Shown: piece by piece, positions 46,162 through 56,438 of the stretch
Numbering within the stretch: the stretch's first letter is position 1
Layout: each line of letters starts with the position of its first letter
Origin: an uncultured Gammaproteobacteria bacterium
Lineage (GTDB): Bacteria > Patescibacteriota > Patescibacteriia > UBA9934
Direction: 5' to 3'
DNA length: 64,000 nucleotides
NCBI GenBank assembly: GCA_964613815.1
Contig: CAZTKG010000002.1
Coordinates: 23,737-87,736, forward strand
Program-made: the position numbers and the translations under genes
Notes under the pieces: model-generated
Databases searched by the model: none
What the model was told of the DNA's origin: nothing
Seen by the model: the letters and a program-made list of their open reading frames with translations, nothing else

Positions 46162-47415
46162 ATGGCAGACGAGATAATCACAGGTTTAGACATAGGTTCG
46201 TCGAATATTTGTGTTGTTGTGGGTCAACCGGTTCCTGGTGAGGACGGTCGACCTTCTCTTCATATTACGGGCGCGATTAGTGTGCCGTCCGTTGGTATTC
46301 ATAAAGGCAGCATTTCCAGCATGGAAGATGCGGTTTCTTCGATTTCGAAGGCGCTTGAAAGTGCTGAACGCATGACGGGGACACCAGTGAATCGTTCTTG
46401 GGTATCGATTGCCGGGCATCACATTTTGGTTCAGGAAAGCAAAGGAGTCATTGGTGTTTCTCGTTCAGATGGAGAGATTCGAGAGGAGGATGTTGAACGG
46501 GCCATTGAAGCGGCTCGGACGGTGGCGACGCCTTCAAATTATGAAATATTACATGTTATTCCAAAAAGTTTTACGGTTGATGGGCAGCAGGGAGTGAAGG
46601 ATCCCGTGGGAATGAACGGGATTCGTCTTGAGGTTGATGCGGTGATTATTCAAACGCTCAGTAGCCACATTAAGAATGTGACGAAAAGTGTGTACAGAAC
46701 CGGGCTTGATATTGAGGATTTGGTTTTTTCCCCACTTGCTGTTGCGGAAGCTTATTTGACGACTCGGCAGCGAGAGCTTGGCGTCTGTTTGGTTGATATT
46801 GGGGCAAGTACGACGACGATCGCGGTGTTTGAGGAGGGGGATATGCTTCATACAGCTGTTTTACCGATTGGAGGTGATCACATTACGAATGACGTTGCGA
46901 TCGGGTTAAGAACGTCTCTTGACGTGGCTGAGAATGTAAAAATTGCAAAGGGGCATAGCGTTCCAGATGAGGTTGATAAAAAAGAGGTGTTTTCGATAAA
47001 GGATTTTGGATCTTCTGAGGATGAAGAGGTGAAAGCAAGATTTGTTGCTGAAGTGATTGAAGCACGAGTTGAAGAGCTTTTTGAGGCGATTGATGATCAG
47101 CTTCGCAGGATTGATCGAAGTGGGATGTTACCAGTAGGCATTGTTTTGACTGGCGGTAGCACAAAGCTTGAAGGTCTTGTGGATGTAGCAAAACGTGTAT
47201 TGCGGTTACCGGCATCTATTGGCGTTCCAGTTGGGATTAGTAGTGTCATTGACGAAGTTCAAGATCCTTCGTTTGCAACTGCGGTTGGTCTTTCTGCGTG
47301 GGGTTTTACCATTCATCAATCGGCGGGTGGCAAAGGGAGGTTTAATTTTTCTGTAAAAGGTTTTGATGACGCTACTGGTAAGTTAAAGAAATGGTTTAAA
47401 ACATTGATACCTTAG
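46162..47415 (+). CDS. ftsA: cell division protein FtsA
   Basis: Actin-like ATPase fold (ITGLDIGSSNICVVVGQ, VDIGASTTTIAVFEEG). Confidence 0.9.
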   Translation: MADEIITGLDIGSSNICVVVGQPVPGEDGRPSLHITGAISVPSVGIHKGSISSMEDAVSSISKALESAERMTGTPVNRSWVSIAGHHILVQESKGVIGVSRSDGEIREEDVERAIEAARTVATPSNYEILHVIPKSFTVDGQQGVKDPVGMNGIRLEVDAVIIQTLSSHIKNVTKSVYRTGLDIEDLVFSPLAVAEAYLTTRQRELGVCLVDIGASTTTIAVFEEGDMLHTAVLPIGGDHITNDVAIGLRTSLDVAENVKIAKGHSVPDEVDKKEVFSIKDFGSSEDEEVKARFVAEVIEARVEELFEAIDDQLRRIDRSGMLPVGIVLTGGSTKLEGLVDVAKRVLRLPASIGVPVGISSVIDEVQDPSFATAVGLSAWGFTIHQSAGGKGRFNFSVKGFDDATGKLKKWFKTLIP

Positions 47416-47524
47416 CAAATAAATCAAGATGCTTTTTTGGTGTCTTTTTTTGTTGCTTTTTTTGTAACTATTTTATTTGACAGGGGGTACAGCTATGATA
47501 CCTTGTGAGTACTTAAATTATTTC

Positions 47525-47553
47525 TTGACTTCATCCTTGAATACATAAATGAT
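47525..47553 (+). promoter_or_regulatory. weak candidate promoter upstream of ftsZ (TTGACT-N17-AATGAT)
   Basis: Hexamer match only. Confidence 0.2.
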
Positions 47554-47591
47554 TCATTAGAATCAGTTTGTAATATTTATTGTGAACACCT

Positions 47592-48860
47592 ATGGCAGAG
47601 ATCAAGCCTGAAATTGAAACGTTTGCGAAAATCAAGGTTCTTGGTGTTGGTGGTGGTGGTGGATCGGCTTTGAATCGAATGATCGAAGAGCGATTACAGG
47701 GTGTTGACTTTGTTGCTATAAATACAGATGTTCAGGCGCTTCATACGAACAAGGCGAAGCATAAAGTTTCGATTGGAAATACGGTTACGCGCGGGCTTGG
47801 GGCGGGGATGAATCCAGAGATGGGGCGGCGCGCGGCGGAAGAAAATGCGAATGAGATTCGCAATATGGTTTCCGGTTCTGATATGGTTTTTTTGACTTCT
47901 GGACTTGGTGGAGGAACTGGGAGTGGAGCACTTCCAGAAATTGCAAAGGTTGCTCGTGAGGCAGGAGCTTTGACGGTTGCTGTTGTTACGAAGCCCTTTA
48001 GTTTTGAGGGAGCTCAACGAAGACGGATCGCGGATGATGCATATGCAGAATTAGCTGAACATGTTGATACGGTTATTACTATTCCGAATGATCGCGTGCT
48101 TCAAATTATTGATAAAAAGACGTCTCTTGTGGAGGCGTTTCAGATTGTTGACGATGTGCTTCGACAGGGGGTGCAGGGGATTTCAGATATTATTACGTTA
48201 CCTGGCTTGATTAACGTTGACTTTGCTGATGTGAAGGCAATTATGGAAAATGCAGGGTCGGCATTGATGGGAATTGGTTCAAGTAGCGGTGAGAGTCGTG
48301 CCGTGGAGGCTGCTAAGATGGCGATTGCGAGTCCGCTTTTGGAGCTTTCCATTGATGGAGCTAAGGGAATTTTGTTCACGGTTACTGGTTCGCCAGATCT
48401 TGCTATGTACGAGGTCGCTGAAGCTGCGAAGGTGATTACAGGATCTGCGGACGATGATGCGAAAGTTATTTTTGGTGCTCACATTGATGAATCGCTTGAT
48501 GATGAAGTTCGCATTACCGTTGTTGCGACTGGATTTGATGCACGCGAGCGTCGTTCCACAGCGAGTCTTGCTGGAGATGTGGAGGTCACGCCGCATGGAA
48601 GTTGGCGTCCGAGTGCGATGCAGCACGATGAGATGCCTATGAAAAAAATTGATTCGCCGTTTGGTCAGCGAAGGGTTTCTGCATCGAAGGATCCAGAGCC
48701 AATGTCGAAGCCTGTGGTACAGCCTATTGTGAAGCCTGTTGTGGAGGCTCCGAAGCCAGCTGTAAAGCCAGCCGCTGCGTCTTTAAAGGTTGAGCCTGGA
48801 GATACGATTGAGGAAGATGAGCTCGGAATTCCGGCATTTATTCGAAGAAAGATGATGTAA
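47592..48860 (+). CDS. ftsZ: cell division protein FtsZ
   Basis: Tubulin signature (GVGGGGGSALNRM, GGGTGSGA) and a long, low-complexity C-terminal linker. Confidence 0.95.
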   Translation: MAEIKPEIETFAKIKVLGVGGGGGSALNRMIEERLQGVDFVAINTDVQALHTNKAKHKVSIGNTVTRGLGAGMNPEMGRRAAEENANEIRNMVSGSDMVFLTSGLGGGTGSGALPEIAKVAREAGALTVAVVTKPFSFEGAQRRRIADDAYAELAEHVDTVITIPNDRVLQIIDKKTSLVEAFQIVDDVLRQGVQGISDIITLPGLINVDFADVKAIMENAGSALMGIGSSSGESRAVEAAKMAIASPLLELSIDGAKGILFTVTGSPDLAMYEVAEAAKVITGSADDDAKVIFGAHIDESLDDEVRITVVATGFDARERRSTASLAGDVEVTPHGSWRPSAMQHDEMPMKKIDSPFGQRRVSASKDPEPMSKPVVQPIVKPVVEAPKPAVKPAAASLKVEPGDTIEEDELGIPAFIRRKMM

Positions 48861-48866
48861 GTAGAG

Positions 48867-48896
48867 AGCGCGGCAATGATTTTGCTGCGTTTTTTG
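48867..48896 (+). terminator. intrinsic terminator after ftsZ (gcgcggcaa-tgatt-ttgctgcgt + T5)
   Basis: Near-perfect 9-bp stem followed by TTTTT. Confidence 0.55.
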
Positions 48897-48915
48897 ATGG
48901 TATACTTATTTTGAT

Positions 48916-49386
48916 ATGCATTGTCCAGTTTGTAACAATAAATCTACGCGCGTTGTTGATAGTCGGATTGGAGCTAATGCGATGAGTGTTCGTCGGCGGC
49001 GTGAGTGTGAAAAGGTGCGATGCGGTTATCGGTTTTCGACTGTTGAGGAGGCAGAGCTTTTGGATGTTTCGATTGTGAAGCGTGATGGGCGGCGAGAGCC
49101 TTATTTGCAAGAGAAGTTGATCGGAGGCATGAGTCAGTCACTTCAGAAGCGACCTTGTACGGATGTGCAGATGAAGAATTTGGTGCGTAAAATTGAGAAA
49201 GATATTCAGAAGCGGCGAAGTGGTGAAATTACGACGGTGGATTTAGGGGAAATTGTGATGAAGCATTTGCGAAAATTTGATAAAGTTGCGTATATTCGGT
49301 TCGCTTCTATTTATTATTCGTTTGAGGACTTGGAGCGGTTTGAGAAGGAGCTTCGGAAGGTGGGTCGAAGGAGAGTGAAGAGTTGA
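48916..49386 (+). CDS. nrdR: transcriptional repressor NrdR (Zn-ribbon + ATP-cone)
   Basis: MHCPVCNNKSTRVVDSR...RRRECEKVRCGYRFSTVE zinc ribbon, then an ATP-cone. Confidence 0.85.
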   Translation: MHCPVCNNKSTRVVDSRIGANAMSVRRRRECEKVRCGYRFSTVEEAELLDVSIVKRDGRREPYLQEKLIGGMSQSLQKRPCTDVQMKNLVRKIEKDIQKRRSGEITTVDLGEIVMKHLRKFDKVAYIRFASIYYSFEDLERFEKELRKVGRRRVKS

Positions 49387-49495
49387 TGTGGGTAACTCAA
49401 TTTTTCGTGTGCTATACTTGCGATGCAACCTAACGATGAACTCCGTGCCTTTCAGCCGGGGTTTTTCATTTTGTTGGAGACTTGCCGTGTGCTCG

Positions 49496-49504
49496 TGATA
49501 TTAT
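49496..49504 (+). promoter_or_regulatory. candidate extended -10 promoter element (TGaTATTAT) upstream of pyk
   Basis: TGn + TATTAT, 11 nt before ATG 49515. Confidence 0.25.
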
Positions 49505-49514
49505 GTAGTCAACT

Positions 49515-50915
49515 ATGAAAAAGCGAACAAGGATTGTGTGTACTATTGGACCTTCTTCTAGCTCAGTTTCAATGCTGACGAAGATGATGAAGGCGGGGAT
49601 GAATGTGGCTCGACTAAATTTTTCGCATGGGACGCATCCGGATCATAAGCGATTGATTCGGCATGTGCGAAGTGCGAGCAAGAAGGCTGGGCAGACGGTG
49701 GCGGTGCTTCAGGATTTGCAGGGGCCAAAGATTCGGACGGGAAAGCTGCCGAATGAGGGAGTGAATATTCATGCTCGAGAGAGGATTTCTTTTAAAACGG
49801 GAATTGCGGATTATGAGAGTAGCGGACCGTTTCCGGTGACGTATGATTTACTCCATAAGGATTTGAAGGCTGGGCATCGAATTTTGATGGATGATGGGAA
49901 GATGGAGGCGGTGGTTAAGGGGGTTCGAGGACGTGTGATTTCTGCGGTGGTGGTAACTGGAGGCGTCTTGAAGTCTCATAAGGGGATGAATTTGCCTGAT
50001 TCGACGGTGTCGGCGAGCTCATTTACGGAAAAGGATCGGGCCGATTTATTGTTTGGACTTGAGCAAGGGGTTGATTGGGTAGCTCTTTCGTTTGTGACGG
50101 GCCCTGACGTTGTTCGTCGTGTGCGTAAGTTAATGCAGACACGATGTAGAAAGTTGAAGAAAGCTGTGCCGAAGATCATTGTAAAGATTGAGCGGCCAGA
50201 GGCTGTGAGTGGGTTTTTGGCGATTTTGAATGTTGCGGATGGAGTCATGGTTGCCAGAGGTGATCTTGGCATTGAGATTCCTTTTGCAGAGGTTCCTATT
50301 TTTCAGAAAGAATGTGTTGAATTATGTCGTCGAGCAGGAAAGCCGGTTATTGTGGCGACGCAAATGCTTGAGTCGATGACGAGTAATCCTCGAAGTACGC
50401 GAGCGGAGACGAGTGATGTAGCGAATGCGGTGATTGATCATGCGGATGGGGTGATGCTTAGTGGGGAGACGGCGACGGGAGATTATCCTTTAGAAACGGT
50501 TAAGGCGATGGCTGAGGTGATCCGTGTAACGGAAGAAGCTCGACTTGATGATGTTGGGTTTTATGATTTGCATGGAGCAACGGATGCGATGAGTGTGATT
50601 GCGCAGTCTTTGTATATTCTTGGGCACAACAAGCATGTGGATTTGATTGTGACGGCGGCTGGGTATGATGTCGCGAAGTATGTTGGTGTGTTTCGGCCGG
50701 ATGTGCCTGTTGTGATTGCATGTGCTGATGCTGGTGTTGCGCGGAAGATGATGTTTCGGCGAGGAGTGATGCCGGTGGTTTTGGCGGATGATGTTGGGAC
50801 GTTTGTGCAGCGGGCGGAGCGATATTTGCGGAAAAAGAAGATGATTTCGTCGAAGTCTTCGGTGGCGTATGTGCTTGGAGGGAAGGGGCGAGAGATTCAA
50901 TTGGTTGTGAGATAA
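49515..50915 (+). CDS. pyk: pyruvate kinase
   Basis: TKIVCTIGP-like start (TRIVCTIGPSS), MVARGDLGIEIP, and a C-terminal allosteric domain. Confidence 0.9.
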   Translation: MKKRTRIVCTIGPSSSSVSMLTKMMKAGMNVARLNFSHGTHPDHKRLIRHVRSASKKAGQTVAVLQDLQGPKIRTGKLPNEGVNIHARERISFKTGIADYESSGPFPVTYDLLHKDLKAGHRILMDDGKMEAVVKGVRGRVISAVVVTGGVLKSHKGMNLPDSTVSASSFTEKDRADLLFGLEQGVDWVALSFVTGPDVVRRVRKLMQTRCRKLKKAVPKIIVKIERPEAVSGFLAILNVADGVMVARGDLGIEIPFAEVPIFQKECVELCRRAGKPVIVATQMLESMTSNPRSTRAETSDVANAVIDHADGVMLSGETATGDYPLETVKAMAEVIRVTEEARLDDVGFYDLHGATDAMSVIAQSLYILGHNKHVDLIVTAAGYDVAKYVGVFRPDVPVVIACADAGVARKMMFRRGVMPVVLADDVGTFVQRAERYLRKKKMISSKSSVAYVLGGKGREIQLVVR

Positions 50916-50918
50916 GGA

Positions 50919-50945
50919 AATACCGAGCTAAGCTCGGTATTTATT
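50919..50945. terminator. bidirectional terminator (ataccgagc-taa-gctcggtat + T-rich)
   Basis: Perfect 9-bp stem between convergent genes. Confidence 0.75.
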
Positions 50946-51252
50946 CTGTTTGTTCGATGACTGCTTCGTTGAGGAGATTTGTGAGTTCTGCTTCTATGTT
51001 GAGGCTAGCGAGGAAGTTTTGGACCGCGAGGAGGAGGATTCCGGCGACGATTGTGGCTCCTATGACCATGCCGAGGCCTCTGAGAATTCCGACTCCTATG
51101 TGTTCGGATGCGGTGTAGTACCATTTTTTCTTTTCCTCTTCTTGATCTTCTTTTTGTTCTTCTTCGAGAATGGATCTAAGGAGGAACTTAATTTCTTGCA
51201 GTTCTTTTACTGCGAGTTCTGAGTGTGGTTTTGTTGTCCTCCTGGTTGGCAT
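50941..51252 (-). CDS. hypothetical small protein with C-terminal TM helix (103 aa)
   Basis: An acidic coiled-coil-like N-terminus, then GVGILRGLGMVIGATIVAGILLLAV. Confidence 0.45.
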   Translation of the reverse strand: MPTRRTTKPHSELAVKELQEIKFLLRSILEEEQKEDQEEEKKKWYYTASEHIGVGILRGLGMVIGATIVAGILLLAVQNFLASLNIEAELTNLLNEAVIEQTE

Positions 51253-51289
51253 GGGGGAATTATATCATATGGTTTGATATACTAGGTTT

Positions 51290-53092
51290 GTGTATTGGCA
51301 TCGATTTCTCTATCTTTGTGTATTTGTCAGTATAATGATGGCGCTTTTTGCGCTTGTTTTGGGTTTTGTGATGCCGGAGGAGGAGTATCAGGTGTTTGTG
51401 GATCGGTTATTTGAGGAAGAGGTGGATGAGCGGCAGCGGTTTTGGACGGGGTACTATGGGTTGGATTTTTATGATACGGCTTATGATCGAGTTGGAGATG
51501 TTGACGAGGTGAAGTCTTCGAGTGCGATTGTGGCGCATCATTTAGTGGTGGCTGATGAGATTGCGCGGGTGTTTGAGCAGATTGGGGGGCGGTATGATGA
51601 GACGGTGGTTTTGATGAGTCCGAATCATTTTTCGGTGGGGGTTGGGCCTATTGTGACGACTCCGGGGATTTGGGAGACGGTTTATGGGGATGTTGAGAGT
51701 GATGATGAGATGGTTGAGAAATTGATTGATGCCGGGATTGGGGTTGAAGAAGATGCTGTTCCGTTTGAGACAGAGCATGGAATTTATGGATTGATGCCGT
51801 TTGTGAAGCGGTCGATGCCGAATGCGAAGGTTGTGCCTTTGATGCTTGATGAGAGTTTGACTCGGGAAGAGGCGACGGCTGTTGGGGTGGCGATTTCACG
51901 AGCGTTGCCAGGCGCTACGGTGGTTGCGAGTGTGGATATGTCTCATAATCTTCCTGAGCATGTACGAGTGTTTCATGATGATATGACGTCGGCGGTGATT
52001 GCGGCTGGGTATGAGCAGGATGGATTTGATGTGGAGATTGATGCGGTTCGGGTGTTTGATGCGCTTTTTGCCTTTAATTCGTTTGAGCGGACGGAGGAGT
52101 GGCATGAGACGTATCGCGGGTCCTCTATGGAGCATGGGCTTGCGCCTGATTGGCGGGAGAATACGTCTCATGTTTTAGGATATTTTACGAGCGGGAAGGG
52201 GAGTGATGATGCGCCGTTTGGGATGCATGTTGTGGGGGATATTATGCTTGATCGTGGGGTGCGGAAGCAGATTGATGCTGCAGGTGATGTCGGGTATCCG
52301 TGGGATGAGGTTGGGCGGTTTTTGCGTGGGGTTCATGTGCGGGTTGGGAATTTGGAAGGGACGGTGAATGAGCAGGAGAGTACGTATACGTATGATCCGC
52401 CGTTTCGGTTTGTGTTTGACCCTGCATATATTGAGGAGATGTCGGCGTTTATTGATGTGGTGAGTTTGGCGAATAATCATACGTCGGATGTTGGGTCGAT
52501 TGGGGAGGAGGAAACGCAGTTGTGGCTTGATGATATTGGGGTGAATTGGTTTGGTGGGTATACGGAATCGGTTCCGGCGCATTATGAGGAAGTGAATGGG
52601 CATGCGGTGGCGTTTGTGGGGTATCATGCGTTTCAGCCGGATGAGGATTTGCTGGTTGCGACGATTGAAGAGGCGGATGCTGCGGGGGCGTACGTGATCG
52701 TGATGCCGCATTGGGGGATTGAGTATGATTTTTTGCCTAGTGCTGGCCAAAGACGTATTGCGGAGGTTATGATTGGGGCAGGAGCGGATTTGATTATTGG
52801 TGGGCATCCGCATGTGCCGCAGGGGATTGAGCGAATTGATGGTGTAACGGTTGTGTATTCTTTGGGTAATTTTGTTTTCGATCAGGAGATTCCAGAAACT
52901 TGGGAGGCTATGACCGTGGGATTAATGTTCGCGGGAGATTATAAAGGGTTGTATTTGATGCCTGTGGGGACGCGATATGGTCAGCCGGTTCCGCTTGGGG
53001 ATGAGGAAGCTCGGGATTTGTTTGATCGTTTGAGTGAATATTCAAGTAGTGATGTTGCGGACATGGTTCGTGATGGGCTGATTTATTTATAG
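51290..53092 (+). CDS. fusion protein: MEMO1/AmmeMemoRadiSam-system-B-like domain + CapA/PGA_cap metallophosphatase domain
   Basis: N-terminal TM. AIVAHHLVVADEI...LMSPNHF...HGIYGLMPFVKR is MEMO-like. LANNHTSDVG...VMPHWGIEYDFLPS...GADLIIGGHPHVPQG...YSLGNFVFD is CapA-like. Confidence 0.75.
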   Translation: MYWHRFLYLCVFVSIMMALFALVLGFVMPEEEYQVFVDRLFEEEVDERQRFWTGYYGLDFYDTAYDRVGDVDEVKSSSAIVAHHLVVADEIARVFEQIGGRYDETVVLMSPNHFSVGVGPIVTTPGIWETVYGDVESDDEMVEKLIDAGIGVEEDAVPFETEHGIYGLMPFVKRSMPNAKVVPLMLDESLTREEATAVGVAISRALPGATVVASVDMSHNLPEHVRVFHDDMTSAVIAAGYEQDGFDVEIDAVRVFDALFAFNSFERTEEWHETYRGSSMEHGLAPDWRENTSHVLGYFTSGKGSDDAPFGMHVVGDIMLDRGVRKQIDAAGDVGYPWDEVGRFLRGVHVRVGNLEGTVNEQESTYTYDPPFRFVFDPAYIEEMSAFIDVVSLANNHTSDVGSIGEEETQLWLDDIGVNWFGGYTESVPAHYEEVNGHAVAFVGYHAFQPDEDLLVATIEEADAAGAYVIVMPHWGIEYDFLPSAGQRRIAEVMIGAGADLIIGGHPHVPQGIERIDGVTVVYSLGNFVFDQEIPETWEAMTVGLMFAGDYKGLYLMPVGTRYGQPVPLGDEEARDLFDRLSEYSSSDVADMVRDGLIYL

Positions 53093-53096
53093 TTTT

Positions 53097-54914
53097 ATGT
53101 CTGATGAGAAATTTTTGCCGAGTTTTGATCATTGTGGTGGGAGGTTTCACAAGGCGGTGATTTTGATCGCGGCGGCTGTTTCGTTGGCGGCGATGATTGC
53201 GCTTTTGGCGGTTTTGATTTTTGATGAAGGTGATGATTATGAGGAGGTCGTGATTGAGGATGGGGGGATGAGTGAGGAGGTCGTTGTTGATGAGGGTGAT
53301 GGCGCTTACGTCACGGTTATGGATGATGAGATTGAGATTGTTGTCGATTGGATTCCTTTGGATGAGCAGCGGGAAGTGACGATGAATCAGGTATTTTTGG
53401 AAATGGTTTATGCGAAGGATTTGGAGAATATAGAAGCGGGGCGAGGAGATACGTTTTCGGCTTCAACGTTTCATCTTGGGAGTGTCGCAGGAGGCGATTA
53501 TGATGGGTGGTCGTTCCAATTTATCGAAACGGCTTCATTGGGTATGGGCACGTATTATGGAGCGCATTATATTTTGGCGGATCCTACAAGCGGGGCCTTG
53601 GTTTGGCTTGGGAATTATGATCGAAGTATGGTTTCGATGTTTACTTCGCCTCTTTCGACTTATACCGAGCGAGATGCAACGTATTATGAAGATTTTGTTT
53701 CTGATTGGGCGGTCGTGTTTTCGAATGCCGTTGTTGATGAGTTGGAATTTGAGGATTTGATTTTTGAGGATGGTACTCCTCTTGTTGTTCGTGGTGGGTC
53801 TCATCATGTGCTTTATGAGCAGAGTTTTCTTCCGGCTGATGGGGAGGTGATGTATCTTGAGGATGGTTCTGAGATTATGTATAACCCGCAAACGGAAGGG
53901 GATGATAAGACGTCCGAAGATTTTTATTTCTATCGTGTTCGAGAGGATGGGATTGTTGTTTGGTATGACATGGAGGTGCCGTTTTGGGATTATGAAGCGA
54001 GATATGAGGCGGGGAGGGTTCCGGCTGTTACGTGGGGGGATGGGTCTGTGAATACCGCGTCTTATTTACGGGGGGTTCCGGGAGGTTGTGGAACGAGGAG
54101 CGATATTCATTTGATTGATGATGAGGACATTCCTGAGCTTGTTGCCGCTGGAACATTTGTTGATTTTGATGGTTCTGAAGGGGTGGTGTATGAGCACGCG
54201 GCGTATGACGAAGAAAATCAGTCGTATAATTTCCGTATGTGGCAAATTGTTTATCCTGATGCGAGTTGGGAGGAGTTTGTCGTTTCTCATCCGTCGTTTT
54301 ACTATGAAGATTCTCTTGGTCGCTGGAATCTGTTTACAAGTGTGAATATTGCTCCTGCGGCCGAATGTGGGAAGCCCGTGATTTATTTGTATCCTGAAGA
54401 GCCGACGGAGATGTTGGTTGAGGTTTTCCCGAAGGGTGGGTTTACGTTTACGGAGCCAGATTATGGAGATGGGTGGAATGTCATGGCTTATCCTGATGGG
54501 ACGGTTGTTGATTTGCGGGATGGAGAGGAGTATCCGTATCTTTTTTGGGAAGGGCGTGGGGGGATGTATGCGGAGCCTGAGCATTATTGGGCTGTGCCGC
54601 AGCAGCGTGTTGGATCGTTTTTGTGGTATTCGTTGCATCATTTAGGACTTAATGATCAAGAGTCGCTTGATTTTATGGAATTTTGGTTGCCTCGCATGGA
54701 GGATGCGGAGTGGTATAAGATTGGATTCCATGGGACGGAGGTGATGGATGTGCTTGCGCCGCTGAACATCAGTGAGGAGCCGGATATGGTTTGGCGGATT
54801 TTGATGGATTTTGAGGAGCTTGATGAGGAGATTCCGAGTAATCCGATGGAATGGCCGGATGTTCCGGAGCGAGAAGGGTTTACTGTGATTGAGTGGGGAG
54901 GGGTGATTCAGTAA
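53097..54914 (+). CDS. hypothetical membrane-anchored protein (605 aa)
   Basis: N-terminal TM (AVILIAAAVSLAAMIALLAVLIF), then a large acidic extracytoplasmic domain. No recognised family. Confidence 0.7.
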   Translation: MSDEKFLPSFDHCGGRFHKAVILIAAAVSLAAMIALLAVLIFDEGDDYEEVVIEDGGMSEEVVVDEGDGAYVTVMDDEIEIVVDWIPLDEQREVTMNQVFLEMVYAKDLENIEAGRGDTFSASTFHLGSVAGGDYDGWSFQFIETASLGMGTYYGAHYILADPTSGALVWLGNYDRSMVSMFTSPLSTYTERDATYYEDFVSDWAVVFSNAVVDELEFEDLIFEDGTPLVVRGGSHHVLYEQSFLPADGEVMYLEDGSEIMYNPQTEGDDKTSEDFYFYRVREDGIVVWYDMEVPFWDYEARYEAGRVPAVTWGDGSVNTASYLRGVPGGCGTRSDIHLIDDEDIPELVAAGTFVDFDGSEGVVYEHAAYDEENQSYNFRMWQIVYPDASWEEFVVSHPSFYYEDSLGRWNLFTSVNIAPAAECGKPVIYLYPEEPTEMLVEVFPKGGFTFTEPDYGDGWNVMAYPDGTVVDLRDGEEYPYLFWEGRGGMYAEPEHYWAVPQQRVGSFLWYSLHHLGLNDQESLDFMEFWLPRMEDAEWYKIGFHGTEVMDVLAPLNISEEPDMVWRILMDFEELDEEIPSNPMEWPDVPEREGFTVIEWGGVIQ

Positions 54915-54929
54915 GAAGAAGCGGGCCTG

Positions 54930-55298
54930 TTGGCCTGCTTTTGTTTTGAGGGGCTGACAGGATGTGGTGTGCGTGATATGTTTGCGGCACGTTCTTTGGA
55001 GGGGTTTGTGCCTGATTATTGTTGCGGACGATGTGAGTGTCCTGAGGATTCGCTTCTTGATCCTGAAGGGCGGCCTGTGGGTTGGTGTTTTGAGCATTTT
55101 CGTGAGGAGGTGATTTATCGCGAAGGGATTGATATTGCTGATGTACACGGGCCGACGTTTGCGGAGTTGCGGCGGTGGTATGCGGGAGATGCGGCCGCTG
55201 ATGAAGTGACGGAGATTGCCGTGATGCAGGTTCCGTATGATTATTTAGTGCCGCCGAATCCGCCGCCTGGCATGCGTCGAGTTTTTGTCGGGCCGTGA
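54930..55298 (+). CDS. hypothetical Cys-rich small protein
   Basis: ORF only; CxCxxxxxC and CCGRCEC motifs. Confidence 0.3.
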   Translation: MACFCFEGLTGCGVRDMFAARSLEGFVPDYCCGRCECPEDSLLDPEGRPVGWCFEHFREEVIYREGIDIADVHGPTFAELRRWYAGDAAADEVTEIAVMQVPYDYLVPPNPPPGMRRVFVGP

Positions 55299-55361
55299 GT
55301 TTTCGTGATCACTCGTTTGTCGAGTGGTTTTTTGTTTGTGAAAAAATAACCGAGCATGTGC

Positions 55362-55640
55362 TCAGTTTGGGGAGGGGGTTCCTGCGGAGATGAGGAGTGC
55401 AGGGACCTGTGCGAGGGCGAAGGTGAAAAGTCCGAAGTAGACGATTTGGTGACTTCGTGCTCTTGGACGGAGTTTTGTTTCACCTTTGTCGACGTAGAGT
55501 GTTGCGCCGTAGGCGATGAGGAGGATTCCGACGATGTAGATGAGGGCCCGGAGGAGGCCTATGTCGGGTTTTCCAGGGCGGAAGGAGAAGAGGAAGACGA
55601 AGGACATCCCGATGAAGGTTGGGATGATGAAGGAATGCAC
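55362..55640 (-). CDS. hypothetical small membrane protein (GTG start)
   Basis: Three hydrophobic segments; C-ending codons typical of - strand genes. Confidence 0.35.
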   Translation of the reverse strand: MHSFIIPTFIGMSFVFLFSFRPGKPDIGLLRALIYIVGILLIAYGATLYVDKGETKLRPRARSHQIVYFGLFTFALAQVPALLISAGTPSPN

Positions 55641-56076
55641 GAGTGGACTCCTGGTGGGACGATGTGAGGATAGGTTGTTTAGTTGAAGTTGTCAAGGATG
55701 TTTGGTATGGTTTTGATGTTCTTTTGGAGGCTGAATGGCGATATGGGGGTGGGATCTGGATCGGCTTCGTCGTGGCTTGATTGCTGATCGTGGAGGTTCT
55801 GGTGCTGTGAGGGGGAGTACGTCTGATTATGCGCGAGACTCGGGTGATCCGTTGTCGATTGGGCGACTTGGAAAGTGTGGTTACAGGACACGTGCTGGCG
55901 ATTGTCTGCTCGGTTCATCATGCGCGTGTCGTGGGTCATTGAACGTTCCGCTTGAGTAGGTTGCTCGGCGGTTTTTTTGATACCAAAATCCCCGTGTGAG
56001 GAGGAGTTGGGTTTGTTTGGGGGGTGTTTTTTTGTTAAGTGTGTTTGAACTGTTGTGATATTATTGAGGCGGTCAA

Positions 56077-56430
56077 TTGGAGGGAGTGTTGTTTCCTATT
56101 TCTGATGGATGTCTCATGGAACTTGCTGGGCGGATTCATCCTTTGGTTCGTGATGGGGATGGTTGTTTGCGGGCGATTCAGCCGGTGGAGCTTCGGGCTT
56201 CGGGATTTCATCGAGGGGCTCGTATGATGGAGCGGGTGGTTGGGCTCGATGTGGTTGCGGAGGTGCGGACTTCGCATGCTGGGGAGCCTTCTGTGGCTGA
56301 AGTGCTGGCTCAGATTCCGGTGGGTCATCTTGGTTCGGTTACACACTTTGAGAGTGTGATTGAGGTGCTGGCTGGTGAGGCTAGCAACTGCGTTGCTAAG
56401 ACTGTTCTTTATTCTTTGCCCTCTGCGTAA
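56077..56430 (+). CDS. hypothetical protein (117 aa)
   Basis: ORF only. Confidence 0.25.
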   Translation: MEGVLFPISDGCLMELAGRIHPLVRDGDGCLRAIQPVELRASGFHRGARMMERVVGLDVVAEVRTSHAGEPSVAEVLAQIPVGHLGSVTHFESVIEVLAGEASNCVAKTVLYSLPSA

Positions 56431-56438
56431 ACTCCGTT

